Assembly (NCBI RefSeq): GCF_000015805.1
Contig: NC_009073.1
Span: forward strand, 270,001 to 302,000
DNA length: 32,000 bases
Direction of reading: 5' to 3'
From: Pyrobaculum calidifontis JCM 11548
GTDB lineage: Archaea > Thermoproteota > Thermoprotei > Thermoproteales > Thermoproteaceae
This document shows, piece after piece, positions 24,159 to 32,000 of this stretch (position 1 is the stretch's first letter; the number at the start of each line of letters is the position of its first letter). A program made the translations under genes and the position numbers. Below the pieces are notes generated by a model. It searched no databases. It was not told the DNA's origin and saw only the letters and a list, made by a program, of their open reading frames with translations.

Positions 24159-24668
24159 GTGGGCCTTAAAGAGGTTGAGGCCAGAGACGCCGCGGCGCTG
24201 GCCCTCCTCCTCGCGGTAATGCTGGCTCTCCCAAGCCCCCTCGGCTACTTAGCCGTATTTGCCGCCGTAGTGCCATATTACAAGAAAATTACGTGGGCCA
24301 CCTTCTCTCCAAGCCCTCTAGCCGCGGCCCTCCTGCTGTACACAACTACGTTTCTCGTCGACTATGCCACAGTGGGCATACCGACGCAGCGCCCCCCCTG
24401 GCTCACCGCCGTGGTCTTTGCGCCACTCGCCGAGGAGCTCGTCTTCAGAGCGCTCGCCTTCGCCCTACTGCCGACGCCCCTCTCCTGGGTCTTCTCAGTG
24501 GTCATCTTCGGCGTACTCCACCTGGACAACCCGCTGTTAGCCGCCCTATACGGAGCTGCCCTCTCCCTCGCGTACAGAGGCGGGGGGTACTTCGCCTCCT
24601 CCGCCCTACACGCCTTTAACAACGCCCTCTGGCTCTACCTAGCGCAATGCCTCCACGGATGCGCCTAG
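24159..24668 (+). CDS. CPBP-family (CAAX/Abi) intramembrane glutamic protease
   Basis: Motifs PLAEELVFRA, FGVLH and HAFNN. GTG 24159 is the track start. An internal ATG at 24219 is an alternative. Confidence 0.8.
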   Translation: MGLKEVEARDAAALALLLAVMLALPSPLGYLAVFAAVVPYYKKITWATFSPSPLAAALLLYTTTFLVDYATVGIPTQRPPWLTAVVFAPLAEELVFRALAFALLPTPLSWVFSVVIFGVLHLDNPLLAALYGAALSLAYRGGGYFASSALHAFNNALWLYLAQCLHGCA

Positions 24669-25059
24669 ACGCCGCTGGCCCCGGGCGCCCGCCGGCCTTT
24701 TGCCGCCTCCATAAGCATGTTTATTAGCCTCAACACCCCCTCTCTATGTTTCTCGAAGGACTCCCTTCTCATAAAGCCGTGGTAGAAATTTGCGTGGAGG
24801 CCCTCGGCCAGTCTAAACAGCGTGGAAAACTCTGGGTTCCCACTCTCCTCTACTAGCGCCTCTACGATGTCCCAAAAGTCTCTATGAGTGTAATGCGGCA
24901 TCCCCTCCTCTCCGCAATTGCGCTGAGAAGCGCAGTCACTGCCCCCCAGTACTTCTCCCCAGCCTGCACGAGGTCGCCCTTCGCGTAAAGCTCCTCGGCG
25001 TCAAGGAGGTACTTCTCCGCCAACTTGAGGTACGCTTCCACCCTGGCCTCTGGGCCGAG
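24665..25059 (-). pseudogene. PaREP1-family domain, frameshifted
   Basis: My translation of the upstream part gives LGPEARVEAYLKLAEKYLLDAEELYAKGDLVQAGEKYWGAVTALLSAIAERRG. The reading then shifts 1 nt at the C-run 24903-24906 into the track ORF 24665-24901 (MPHYTHRDFWDI...RLAEGLHANFYHGF). Confidence 0.7.
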
Positions 25060-25176
25060 CTAGTTCACCACAGCGTCTACCACTAGCTGTTCCACCGACT
25101 TGCCGCACCTAGCCGCCACGGTTTTAATCAACTCTGCAACCTCGGGCGGTAGCTCGATTGTCACAGCCTTCTCCAC
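25060..25176 (-). CDS. Possible 38-aa RHH-like micro-ORF (VEKAVTIELPPEVAELIKTVAARCGKSVEQLVVDAVVN)
   Basis: My own translation from GTG 25176. A TATA (complement of 25196-25207, ATTAAATTTAAG) lies about 20-30 bp upstream. It ends at a TAG in frame with, and immediately before, the PaREP1 domain. Confidence 0.4.
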   Translation of the reverse strand: MEKAVTIELPPEVAELIKTVAARCGKSVEQLVVDAVVN

Positions 25177-25227
25177 GTAATAGTCAACACACGCACTTAA
25201 ATTTAATACAGAGAAAGTAACTGCGTA

Positions 25228-26679
25228 TCACGACACAGAGCCGCAGGCCGCCTCTACGTACCGGCGGTAGCGCTGTCTCAGCTCCTCAGCGGCGTAGAAG
25301 CCCTTGACGTGGCTCCAGGGTAGCGGCTCCTCTCTGGGCCTAAAGACGTAGCTCAGAGCCCCCGCCTTCAACAGCCGCCTCCAGTACGCCATGGGCTTGT
25401 CAGACGACGCAGATTCAACTATGTGCCGCGACACGTCGCGGCCCCCCAGCGCAATGGCCGCCTGTATTGCCGCCAGGCGGGGGTCGTAGCTGGAGAACTC
25501 GCCGCGGTGCACCTCTCTAATGGACTCGATCTTCTCCTCAAGGGCCTGGGGCTCCTCCATTGGGTGATACTGGAGGGGGGTCTGCGGCTTTGGAATAAAC
25601 GGGTTTACGCTTAAGTACAGCTTGGCGTACCTAGCCGCCTCTTTTACGAGGGCTTTCACCGCCTCCAGATCCTTCTCCCGCTCGCAGGGAAGCCCCACCA
25701 TTAGGTACATTTTCAGCTTCATCCCCAGCTCCCCCGCCCTCTTTGCCACTTTTAACACGTCGGCGTCTGACACCTCTTTCCCCAGCGCCTTTCTGAGGCG
25801 TTCGCTGGTCTCGGGGGCTATGGTCAACGTCTTCTGGCCCAGCTTTGCCACAAGCTCCAGCGCCTCGTCGTCGAGAAGCTCGGCGCGGAGCGACGGCAGA
25901 GAAAGGGGGACCCACCTCCTCGCCGCCTCGGAGAGGAGCTCCTTGAAGCCTGGGTGGGCGTTGGCTGTGAGGGCAACGAGGGAGGGCCTCACCCCGTACC
26001 TCTTGTACAAAAGCTCGGCCTCTTCCAGCGCCTTCTCCCACCCCCTCGGCCTATAGGGCTTGGCGATGTAGCTCTCCATGCAGAATAGGCAGGAGAAGGG
26101 GCAACCCCTGGCCAACTCCACCGAGAGGCTAAACGCGGCCTCGGGCTCCGGCAGCCTTCTGTAGTCTGCCTCCTCCACGTCTTTGGCGTAGGCCACGGCG
26201 ACTTCGTACGGCCCGTCGGCTGGGTAGTACATGCCGGCGCCCTCCACTCTGTCCCCTGTGGCCAAGTACTGGACGACCTTATCCCACACGGCCTCTAGCT
26301 CCCCGAGCACGATTAAGTCGGCTAGGTCGGCCAGGGGCTCTGGGTTAGCCGTGACGGGGGGCCCGCCTACGACGACCTTCGGCCTCTCCCTCGCCCTGGC
26401 CCAGGGCTCTACGCCGGCCTCGATCAGCAACTTTGTCAAATTTATGTAGTCGAGCTCGTAGTGGACGGTGGCAACCACGTAGTCGAAGTGGGAGAGCGGG
26501 GTCCCCTCCTCCACGCCCCTTGGCCCCCTGTCCGCCGTGAACCTCTCCACGTAGAACCCCTCGTCTTGGAGCTTGAAGTAGAGCACGTGGTACACCGCGC
26601 TGGACATGGCAACGGAGTATGTGGAGGGGTACGCCAGGGCCACCTTGACCCCGCTCTTCCTGTAGCGGACCCGTCTCAC
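25228..26679 (-). CDS. Radical SAM protein with N-terminal B12-binding-like domain
   Basis: ARGCPFSCLFCME contains CxxxCxxC. An N-terminal Rossmann-like domain precedes it, for 483 aa in total. Confidence 0.85.
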   Translation of the reverse strand: MRRVRYRKSGVKVALAYPSTYSVAMSSAVYHVLYFKLQDEGFYVERFTADRGPRGVEEGTPLSHFDYVVATVHYELDYINLTKLLIEAGVEPWARARERPKVVVGGPPVTANPEPLADLADLIVLGELEAVWDKVVQYLATGDRVEGAGMYYPADGPYEVAVAYAKDVEEADYRRLPEPEAAFSLSVELARGCPFSCLFCMESYIAKPYRPRGWEKALEEAELLYKRYGVRPSLVALTANAHPGFKELLSEAARRWVPLSLPSLRAELLDDEALELVAKLGQKTLTIAPETSERLRKALGKEVSDADVLKVAKRAGELGMKLKMYLMVGLPCEREKDLEAVKALVKEAARYAKLYLSVNPFIPKPQTPLQYHPMEEPQALEEKIESIREVHRGEFSSYDPRLAAIQAAIALGGRDVSRHIVESASSDKPMAYWRRLLKAGALSYVFRPREEPLPWSHVKGFYAAEELRQRYRRYVEAACGSVS

Positions 26680-26711
26680 ACATATTTAAACCGTTGACCC
26701 TTTTTAAGCGC

Positions 26712-27149
26712 ATGGACGTGATAAGGACCCTCCGCAGGGGGGAGTACATCGCCTACCTAATTGTGCTAGGCCTCACCGCTGTTCTACTCGGCTTGTCAGT
26801 ATACCTGGCCGGGTACAGGCTTTACGAGCTTGCAACAACGGCGGCCTCAAGTCCGGCGGCGCTGTCTCAGGCGATATACAACGCGCTCTCCGACGTCTTC
26901 CTAGTGGTTATATTCGTCGAGTTAATTGACACCTTTGTCACATACTTGGAAAAGAAGCGGCTAATAGTCTACAGAATAATCGACGTGGCCTTGGTGGCCT
27001 TGGCGAGAGAGCTCTTCATATACTTAGCGCCTGTAAACGCGGAGTTCAAAATTGACAAAGGCGTTGCCCTAATATTGGCCACGGCCGTCATCGGCTTCGT
27101 GGACTACCTCCAGAGGAGGGGGATCACGCTTGGGAGAAGGAGGCGGTAG
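26712..27149 (+). CDS. PsiE-like small membrane protein (tentative)
   Basis: Four hydrophobic segments and VVIFVELIDTF, which resembles the PsiE family core. ATG 26712 is preferred, with TATA ATATTTAAA about 25 bp upstream. Confidence 0.55.
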   Translation: MDVIRTLRRGEYIAYLIVLGLTAVLLGLSVYLAGYRLYELATTAASSPAALSQAIYNALSDVFLVVIFVELIDTFVTYLEKKRLIVYRIIDVALVALARELFIYLAPVNAEFKIDKGVALILATAVIGFVDYLQRRGITLGRRRR

Positions 27150-27203
27150 GGCCGGCCCTCAGCTCTACGGGTCTGGCTGTAAAATTTATTAACATGCCCA
27201 GTT

Positions 27204-27590
27204 GTGTCGCCGGTGTCTGAGGCACAGTTTAATATACTGTCTCTAAGGGAGAACAAGCTGTTGGGGAGAAAGGAGGTGCTAGTGGAGATACTGCATCGAA
27301 AGTCTTCTACGCCCACGAGGCAAAGCGTGAGAGAGTGGCTTGCAAAACAGCTGGGGGTTGAGGTGGACAAGATTTTTGTGAGAAAGATCAAGACGGAGTA
27401 CGGGATAGGGAAGTCCAAGGCGGAGGTCCACGTATATACAGACGGGGCGCTGGCCCGGGTGATAGAGCCGCTCTATATCTTGGCCAGGAACTTGGGAGAG
27501 GAGGGCAAGAAGCTTCTTGAGGAGGCAAGAAAGAGGAGGAACGAGCGTAGGGAGAAGCGCAGGAGGAAGAAGAAGGGCGGCGGGAAGTAG
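27204..27590 (+). CDS. rps24e: Ribosomal protein eS24 (S24e)
   Basis: LRENKLLGRKEVLVEILHRKSSTPTRQSVREWLAKQLGV plus a Lys/Arg-rich tail. The start is GTG 27204 or GTG 27213. Confidence 0.9.
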   Translation: MSPVSEAQFNILSLRENKLLGRKEVLVEILHRKSSTPTRQSVREWLAKQLGVEVDKIFVRKIKTEYGIGKSKAEVHVYTDGALARVIEPLYILARNLGEEGKKLLEEARKRRNERREKRRRKKKGGGK

Positions 27591-27592
27591 CC

Positions 27593-27790
27593 ATGTCTAA
27601 GAAGGCGCCTGCCAAAGAGGGTAAGAAGCTGCCCCGCGCGGCGACTTGGTACGAGATTGACATGGAGAAGGGGGTGTTTAGGTTTAAGAACAAGCTCTGC
27701 CCCAAGTGTGGCTCTGTCATGGCCTTCCACCGCGAGCCCGTGCCGCGTTGGCACTGCGGTAAGTGTGGTTTTACTCAGTTCCAGAGGTGA
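27593..27790 (+). CDS. rps27ae: Ribosomal protein eS31 (S27ae), zinc ribbon
   Basis: CPKCGSVMAFHREPVPRWHCGKCG zinc-ribbon motif. It sits in the conserved position between rps24e and kae1. Confidence 0.9.
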   Translation: MSKKAPAKEGKKLPRAATWYEIDMEKGVFRFKNKLCPKCGSVMAFHREPVPRWHCGKCGFTQFQR

Positions 27791-28782
27791 TAATTGGGGT
27801 AGAGTCCACTGCGCACACCTTTAGCCTCGGCCTTGTATCTGGGGGCAGAGTTTTGGGACAGGTGGGGAAGACGTATGTGCCTCCGGCGGGTAGGGGGATA
27901 CACCCCAGGGAGGCCGCCGAGCACCACGCCAAGGCCGCTCCACAGCTCTTCCGCAAGCTCATAGAGGAATTCAACGTCTCGCTGGGGGATGTAGAGGCCG
28001 TTGCATATTCCGCGGGGCCTGGCCTGGGGCCGGCCTTGAGAGTGGGGGCGGTGTTTGCCAGGGCTTTGGCCATAAAGCTGGGGGTTCCCCTAGTCCCCGT
28101 ACACCACGGAGTTGCGCACGTGGAAATTGCCAGATACGCCACTGGGTCCTGCGACCCGCTTGTCCTCCTCATATCTGGGGGGCACACCGTCGTGGCGGGC
28201 TTCTCCGACGGGCGGTATAGAGTGTTCGGCGAGACTCTAGACGTGGCCATTGGCAACGCCATTGATATGTTTGCGAGAGAGGTGGGGCTCGGCTTCCCCG
28301 GCGTCCCCGCGGTTGAGAAATGCGCCGAGGCGGCTGAGGAGCTGGTGGCGTTTCCCATGCCCATAGTTGGGCAAGACCTCTCCTACGCCGGCCTCACCAC
28401 ATACGCCCTACAGTTGGTCAAGAGGGGGATCCCCCTGCCGGTGGTCTGCAGGTCGCTTGTGGAGACGGCGTACTACATGTTGGCGGAGGTCACAGAGCGG
28501 GCCCTCGCCTTTACCAAGAAGAGGGAGCTCGTGGTGGCGGGCGGCGTGGCTAGGAGCAGGAGGCTGCGGGAGATCTTGTACGAGGTTGGGAGAGAGCATG
28601 GGGCCGAGGTGAAGTTTGTCCCAGACGAATACGCCGGCGACAACGGGGCCATGATCGCCCTCACCGGCTATTACGCATATAGGAGGGGCATCGCCGTGGA
28701 GCCAGGGGAGAGCTTTGTCCGCCAGAGGTGGCGCCTCGACACAGTGGACGTTCCCTGGTTCTACGATCTGTGCAATAGATAA
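27787..28782 (+). CDS. kae1: Kae1, tRNA N6-adenosine threonylcarbamoyltransferase (t6A synthesis)
   Basis: IIGVESTAHTF, PVHHGVAHVE, LLISGGHT, GNAIDMFAR and GDNGAMIA motifs. GTG 27787 overlaps the rps27ae stop. Confidence 0.9.
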   Translation: MIIGVESTAHTFSLGLVSGGRVLGQVGKTYVPPAGRGIHPREAAEHHAKAAPQLFRKLIEEFNVSLGDVEAVAYSAGPGLGPALRVGAVFARALAIKLGVPLVPVHHGVAHVEIARYATGSCDPLVLLISGGHTVVAGFSDGRYRVFGETLDVAIGNAIDMFAREVGLGFPGVPAVEKCAEAAEELVAFPMPIVGQDLSYAGLTTYALQLVKRGIPLPVVCRSLVETAYYMLAEVTERALAFTKKRELVVAGGVARSRRLREILYEVGREHGAEVKFVPDEYAGDNGAMIALTGYYAYRRGIAVEPGESFVRQRWRLDTVDVPWFYDLCNR

Positions 28783-28804
28783 ATAGGCAGAGAAACCAGA
28801 GGCT

Positions 28805-29137
28805 ATGAAGATGGTTGCCCTAAGCCTAGTGGCCGCCGGAGCGGCATTGGTGACCTTCGCCGTCGTCAACGCCTTGTTGCTCTACTTCGCAGGGGCGCCC
28901 AAGGTGTCTCTGAATATTACGGCTCCCCTGCTGGGGCAGACGATCACTGCGAGGATAAGCGGCGTCCCAGACCCATACGCCGTTGGCACCGCCGTGGCGC
29001 GGGGCGTAATTCTGCTCACCATAGGCCTCATAGGGGCAAAGCTACTGGAGGTGGGGCTGGGGGAGCTTAGGCGGCAGAGGGAAGAGGAGACTCGGCGGCA
29101 GTACTATGAACAGTATTACCAGTATCAACAATACTGA
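28805..29137 (+). CDS. Small two-TM membrane protein with Gln/Tyr-rich C-terminal tail
   Basis: Two hydrophobic segments and the tail RRQYYEQYYQYQQY. No family recognised. Confidence 0.5.
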   Translation: MKMVALSLVAAGAALVTFAVVNALLLYFAGAPKVSLNITAPLLGQTITARISGVPDPYAVGTAVARGVILLTIGLIGAKLLEVGLGELRRQREEETRRQYYEQYYQYQQY

Positions 29138-29141
29138 CCTA

Positions 29142-29432
29142 GTGTTTAAGTACTTCAAGGCCCTGGAGGAGAGGGGCCTCGGCGAGTGGGTAGATAGGGC
29201 GTTTCCCACGGCGGCTGTTTTTAGGCTTATTGAGGAGGCGGCCGGCGCCACCGCCGAAGAGGTGGTGGAAAGGCTTGTGGAGGTCATAGCTCCAAATATC
29301 CACCCCGAGGTGGCCGGGGAGGTGGTGGGGCATAGAGGCGAGGGGGCAGTTTTGGTCGTGGCAAGGGCTGTGGCTCTGTGGTATCTTCAAGTGGCTGAGG
29401 AGCTTGGAGTGGTAAGGGTGAGGAGGCGGTAG
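29142..29432 (+). CDS. Hypothetical protein, about 96 aa
   Basis: ORF only. GTG 29142 is 4 nt after the upstream stop (the track's ATG 29106 overlaps the upstream gene). The 3' end overlaps the convergent radical SAM gene by 46 nt. Confidence 0.3.
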   Translation: MFKYFKALEERGLGEWVDRAFPTAAVFRLIEEAAGATAEEVVERLVEVIAPNIHPEVAGEVVGHRGEGAVLVVARAVALWYLQVAEELGVVRVRRR

Positions 29433-30610
29433 GTCTCTAAGATGGCCCTACTGAGCCTTATCTGCTCCTCGAAGTATCCCTCTACCCTCTTCCTGTGGCG
29501 TTTTAAGAAGTCCCAGTAGAGTGGGTGCGGGGGCTTGGGCTCTCGGCCCCAGAGGGGGGTGCCCGGGAGCGGCATGAAGTAGTGTAGGCGGATGTGCGCC
29601 CCCATTGAGACCAGCCTCTCCATGGCTTTCACTGTGGCAACCACGTCCTCTTCCTCCTCGCCGGGGAGACCGGCTATTACGTCCACCACAGGCTTAAAGC
29701 CCATCTTCACCGCGGTGGCCGTCGCCTCCTCAACTACCGCTACGTCGTGGTCTCTCTTTGTCGACGCCAGGAGCCGCTCTGAGCCCGACTGGAGGCCGAA
29801 GGACAGCCGCCTATTTGCAACAAACGGCTTTATGGCCCCCAAGACGTCTCTGGTCACAGTCTCCGGCCTCGTCTCCGAGGGAAAGGTGCCTAAGTAGGGC
29901 CTGCCCCCCGCCTCTCTCACAGCGCGTAGCAGGCCGACTAACGCATCTACGTTTGGAGTTTTCCCGTCCGTGGATCCGTAGAGAAATCCTACAGGCGCTA
30001 TGAACCGAATTTCTTCACGTCCCGCGGCCACATAATGTTTCACCATTTGCGCCACGTTTTCCACTGGGCGGTAGCGGACTGAGCCGTGGAACCACGTTTG
30101 ACAAAAGGTGCACCTGTAGGCGCAGGACCTCATTATCTCTATGGGCGGGTACGCCCCGAGGGACGTGCTATAGGTCTTGTGGATTAGCTCCGCGTAAATT
30201 CGGCGGCCTGCCCTAACTCTCCCGTCGACGAGCATGAGGGTGTTGGGAGGCACCTCCTCCAAGCCCTCCGCCTCTCTTTCCACTATTGCGGGGAGGGCCA
30301 CCTCTCCGTCGCCTATTACTACGTATTTTACGCCGAGTTTGAGGAGGGTGATTGGATCCCCCGCGGCGTGGGGGCCGCCAGCCACCACTGGGTATTTAGA
30401 CGCCACTTCGCGCACCTCTTGCCAAATTTCGACGAATAGGGGCGTGGATAGGCTGTAGAGGACTAACACGCGCTCGCCGCGGCGCTGTAACTCATGGGCG
30501 TCTCTGAGGGGGTCCGTGGTGGGGACTACCTTGTACTTGTCCTCTATGGGGGCCACTGCATATGCCATGCCGTTGTTCGGGCCGGGGAACACCCTGGCGA
30601 GGAGTAACAC
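29387..30610 (-). CDS. Radical SAM protein with N-terminal B12-binding-like domain (MJ_1487/TIGR04013-like, tentative subfamily)
   Basis: MRSCAYRCTFCQTW contains CxxxCxxC. GTG start, 407 aa. Confidence 0.85.
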   Translation of the reverse strand: MLLLARVFPGPNNGMAYAVAPIEDKYKVVPTTDPLRDAHELQRRGERVLVLYSLSTPLFVEIWQEVREVASKYPVVAGGPHAAGDPITLLKLGVKYVVIGDGEVALPAIVEREAEGLEEVPPNTLMLVDGRVRAGRRIYAELIHKTYSTSLGAYPPIEIMRSCAYRCTFCQTWFHGSVRYRPVENVAQMVKHYVAAGREEIRFIAPVGFLYGSTDGKTPNVDALVGLLRAVREAGGRPYLGTFPSETRPETVTRDVLGAIKPFVANRRLSFGLQSGSERLLASTKRDHDVAVVEEATATAVKMGFKPVVDVIAGLPGEEEEDVVATVKAMERLVSMGAHIRLHYFMPLPGTPLWGREPKPPHPLYWDFLKRHRKRVEGYFEEQIRLSRAILETYRLLTLTTPSSSAT

Positions 30611-30638
30611 ATTTTATCCCCGTCGGGTTTTTAAAAGC

Positions 30639-31328
30639 ATGAAGTTGGCATATGTCAAGGGGCCTCTTGTGGCAGTATTCGCCGGGTCTTGGCTTTGTGA
30701 AAAATCCCCCGTGGACGGGGTGCCCATCCTCCTTGGAGAACCCATTGGGGAATGCGCGGGGGATGTGGCCAGGCTTATATCCATTGCCACAACTGTCAGA
30801 GCCGTCAAACGGCTGGGTGCCAGGGTGTACGTGAGCGAGGCCCTTGGCGCAGATGGCGTTGACGCGGCTTTTGCGGGTGGGGCAGACGGAGTGGTGGAGG
30901 AGCTTGGGGCCTCTAAAGACGCGGCCGGGGGGACGCAGGCCGTGGTCGTGGAGGCCGGCGACGTCGCCGAGCTTTTGAACAAGGCGAGGCGGCTGGGCGA
31001 GGAGGTCCGCAGGGGGTTCGAGGTCTTGGTTGCCGCACCATTTGACAAGGCTGTGGAGCTCGCTCCATTTGTTGACGGCGTGGTGTTGACTGGGGGGTGG
31101 GTGGAGGTTGGGCTGGAGGAGGTTGGACATGTGCCAGAGGTGGGGCGCTGTACGGCGTGTGGCGTGGACTACCTCATGTATGGGGAGACGATAAGGCGGT
31201 GCGTCTACTGTGGGAGGAGGCTTGTGAAAGTCATCACCTCAACGCGGCCGCCTAGGTCTAGACCGGTTTTTCGCGCCGTCGCGAAGAAATATTTAAAGTT
31301 GGCAATTCACAGATTTAAAGTCGTCTAG
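30639..31328 (+). CDS. Hypothetical protein with C-terminal zinc ribbon
   Basis: ATG 30639 has TATA-like ATTTTAT about 25 bp upstream. The C-terminus carries CTACG...CVYCG (CxxC...CxxC). The N-terminal part is Gly/Ala/Val-rich, possibly a barrel-like fold. No family assigned. Confidence 0.55.
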   Translation: MKLAYVKGPLVAVFAGSWLCEKSPVDGVPILLGEPIGECAGDVARLISIATTVRAVKRLGARVYVSEALGADGVDAAFAGGADGVVEELGASKDAAGGTQAVVVEAGDVAELLNKARRLGEEVRRGFEVLVAAPFDKAVELAPFVDGVVLTGGWVEVGLEEVGHVPEVGRCTACGVDYLMYGETIRRCVYCGRRLVKVITSTRPPRSRPVFRAVAKKYLKLAIHRFKVV

Positions 31329-31435
31329 ACGGCGGTATATTACATTATTTATCATTATAGATTTCTCCTTCTATAATTGCAGTATATAGTGCTATATATG
31401 AGTCAAACTTATATAACTGGCGTATACTCAGTTCA

Positions 31436-32000
31436 ATGCCGTTTATCAAGTGGATAACCGAGGTGGGAAAAAACGACGCCCTTTTGGTGGGCGGCAAGGG
31501 GGCTAACCTCGGCGAGGTGGCTAAGCTGGCGACAGTGCCCCCTGGCTTCATCGTCACGTCTGAGGCCTTTAGGTATTTTCAGCAGTCGGTAGGACTCGCC
31601 GAGAGGATAAGGGAGGTTCTCAACGCCTACATCAGGTCCGGTGAGCCTGAGGAGTATGAGAAGGCTAGCGCCGAAATTAGGAGGATGGTTGAGGAGGCCC
31701 CCCTCCCGCCTGAGCTAGAGAGGGCAATTGTAGAGGCGTATATGAGGCTCGGCGAGGAGGTGGGAATTAAAGACGTGGCGGTGGCCGTGAGGAGCTCAGC
31801 CACTGCTGAGGACATACCCGAGGCCTCTTTTGCGGGGCAACAGGACACCTACCTCAACGTGAGGGGGGCGGAGAAGGTGGTGTACTATGTGAAAAAGGTG
31901 TGGAGCTCTCTCTACACTGCCAGGGCCCTCTACTACCGCGACAAAATGGGTATACCTCACGAGAAGAGCCTAATGGCAGTGGTGGTACAGAAACTGGTCA
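31436..32000 (+). CDS. ppsA: Phosphoenolpyruvate synthase (pyruvate, water dikinase), N-terminal part; continues beyond window end
   Basis: My translation gives MPFIKWITEVGKNDALLVGGKGANLGEVAK...PPGFIVTSEAF...VAVRSSATAEDIPEASFAGQQDTYLNV. TATA CTTATATAAC lies about 20-28 bp upstream. Confidence 0.9.
   Translation, partial: MPFIKWITEVGKNDALLVGGKGANLGEVAKLATVPPGFIVTSEAFRYFQQSVGLAERIREVLNAYIRSGEPEEYEKASAEIRRMVEEAPLPPELERAIVEAYMRLGEEVGIKDVAVAVRSSATAEDIPEASFAGQQDTYLNVRGAEKVVYYVKKVWSSLYTARALYYRDKMGIPHEKSLMAVVVQKLV

Noticed and set aside
23501-24668. CorA plus CPBP/Abi pair as type III CRISPR accessory or abortive-infection genes
   Set aside because: CorA-family proteins are known type III accessories. 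This one, however, is about 18 kb from the cmr genes, separated by housekeeping operons, has a canonical GMN motif and has no nuclease partner. It looks like an ordinary transporter and an ordinary membrane protease.
12332-30610. Four radical SAM genes as one biosynthetic system
   Set aside because: They are dispersed over 18 kb, belong to different subfamilies (SplB-like, PflA-like, two B12-domain types) and have unrelated neighbours. There is no precursor peptide or shared operon.
31345-31557. 70-aa minus-strand ORF
   Set aside because: It is antisense to the strongly supported ppsA N-terminus and extends into the AT-rich promoter.

Overview
High-GC crenarchaeal chromosome segment, probably Thermoproteales (Pyrobaculum/Thermoproteus-like). 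That assignment is an inference from PaREP1-family paralogs, TATA boxes about 20-27 bp upstream of start codons (leaderless-looking genes) and gene content. Roughly 1-9500 is an accessory/defence island. It holds the 5' end of cas10/cmr2 (minus strand, cut by the window edge), diverging from a tightly overlapping cmr4-cmr5-cmr1-cmr6-csx1 operon (type III-B). Convergent to csx1 is an uncharacterised minus-strand cassette: a minimal ABC-type ATPase with a non-canonical Walker B, a Cys-rich 104-aa ORF, a 37-aa micro-ORF and a 176-aa ORF. This cassette is my best candidate for an undescribed CRISPR-linked or defence module, but nothing beyond the ATPase fold can be assigned by eye. After it come an orphan coiled-coil ORF, a 3-repeat mini-CRISPR array with an AT-rich leader, and a PaREP-like gene. 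The remaining ~22 kb is mostly housekeeping: lysJ/argD aminotransferase, VKOR homolog, four dispersed radical SAM enzymes, ArsB/NhaD permease, ribosomal proteins eS30, eS24 and eS31, kae1, ferredoxin, an ocd-xpb-bax1 operon, corA, CPBP protease and the ppsA 5' end. Interspersed are three RHH+PaREP1 (HEPN-like, Rx5H) loci, one fused and two split by an in-frame stop exactly at the domain junction. There are also a split nucleotidyltransferase and a frameshifted trmO. No rRNA or tRNA genes were recognised.
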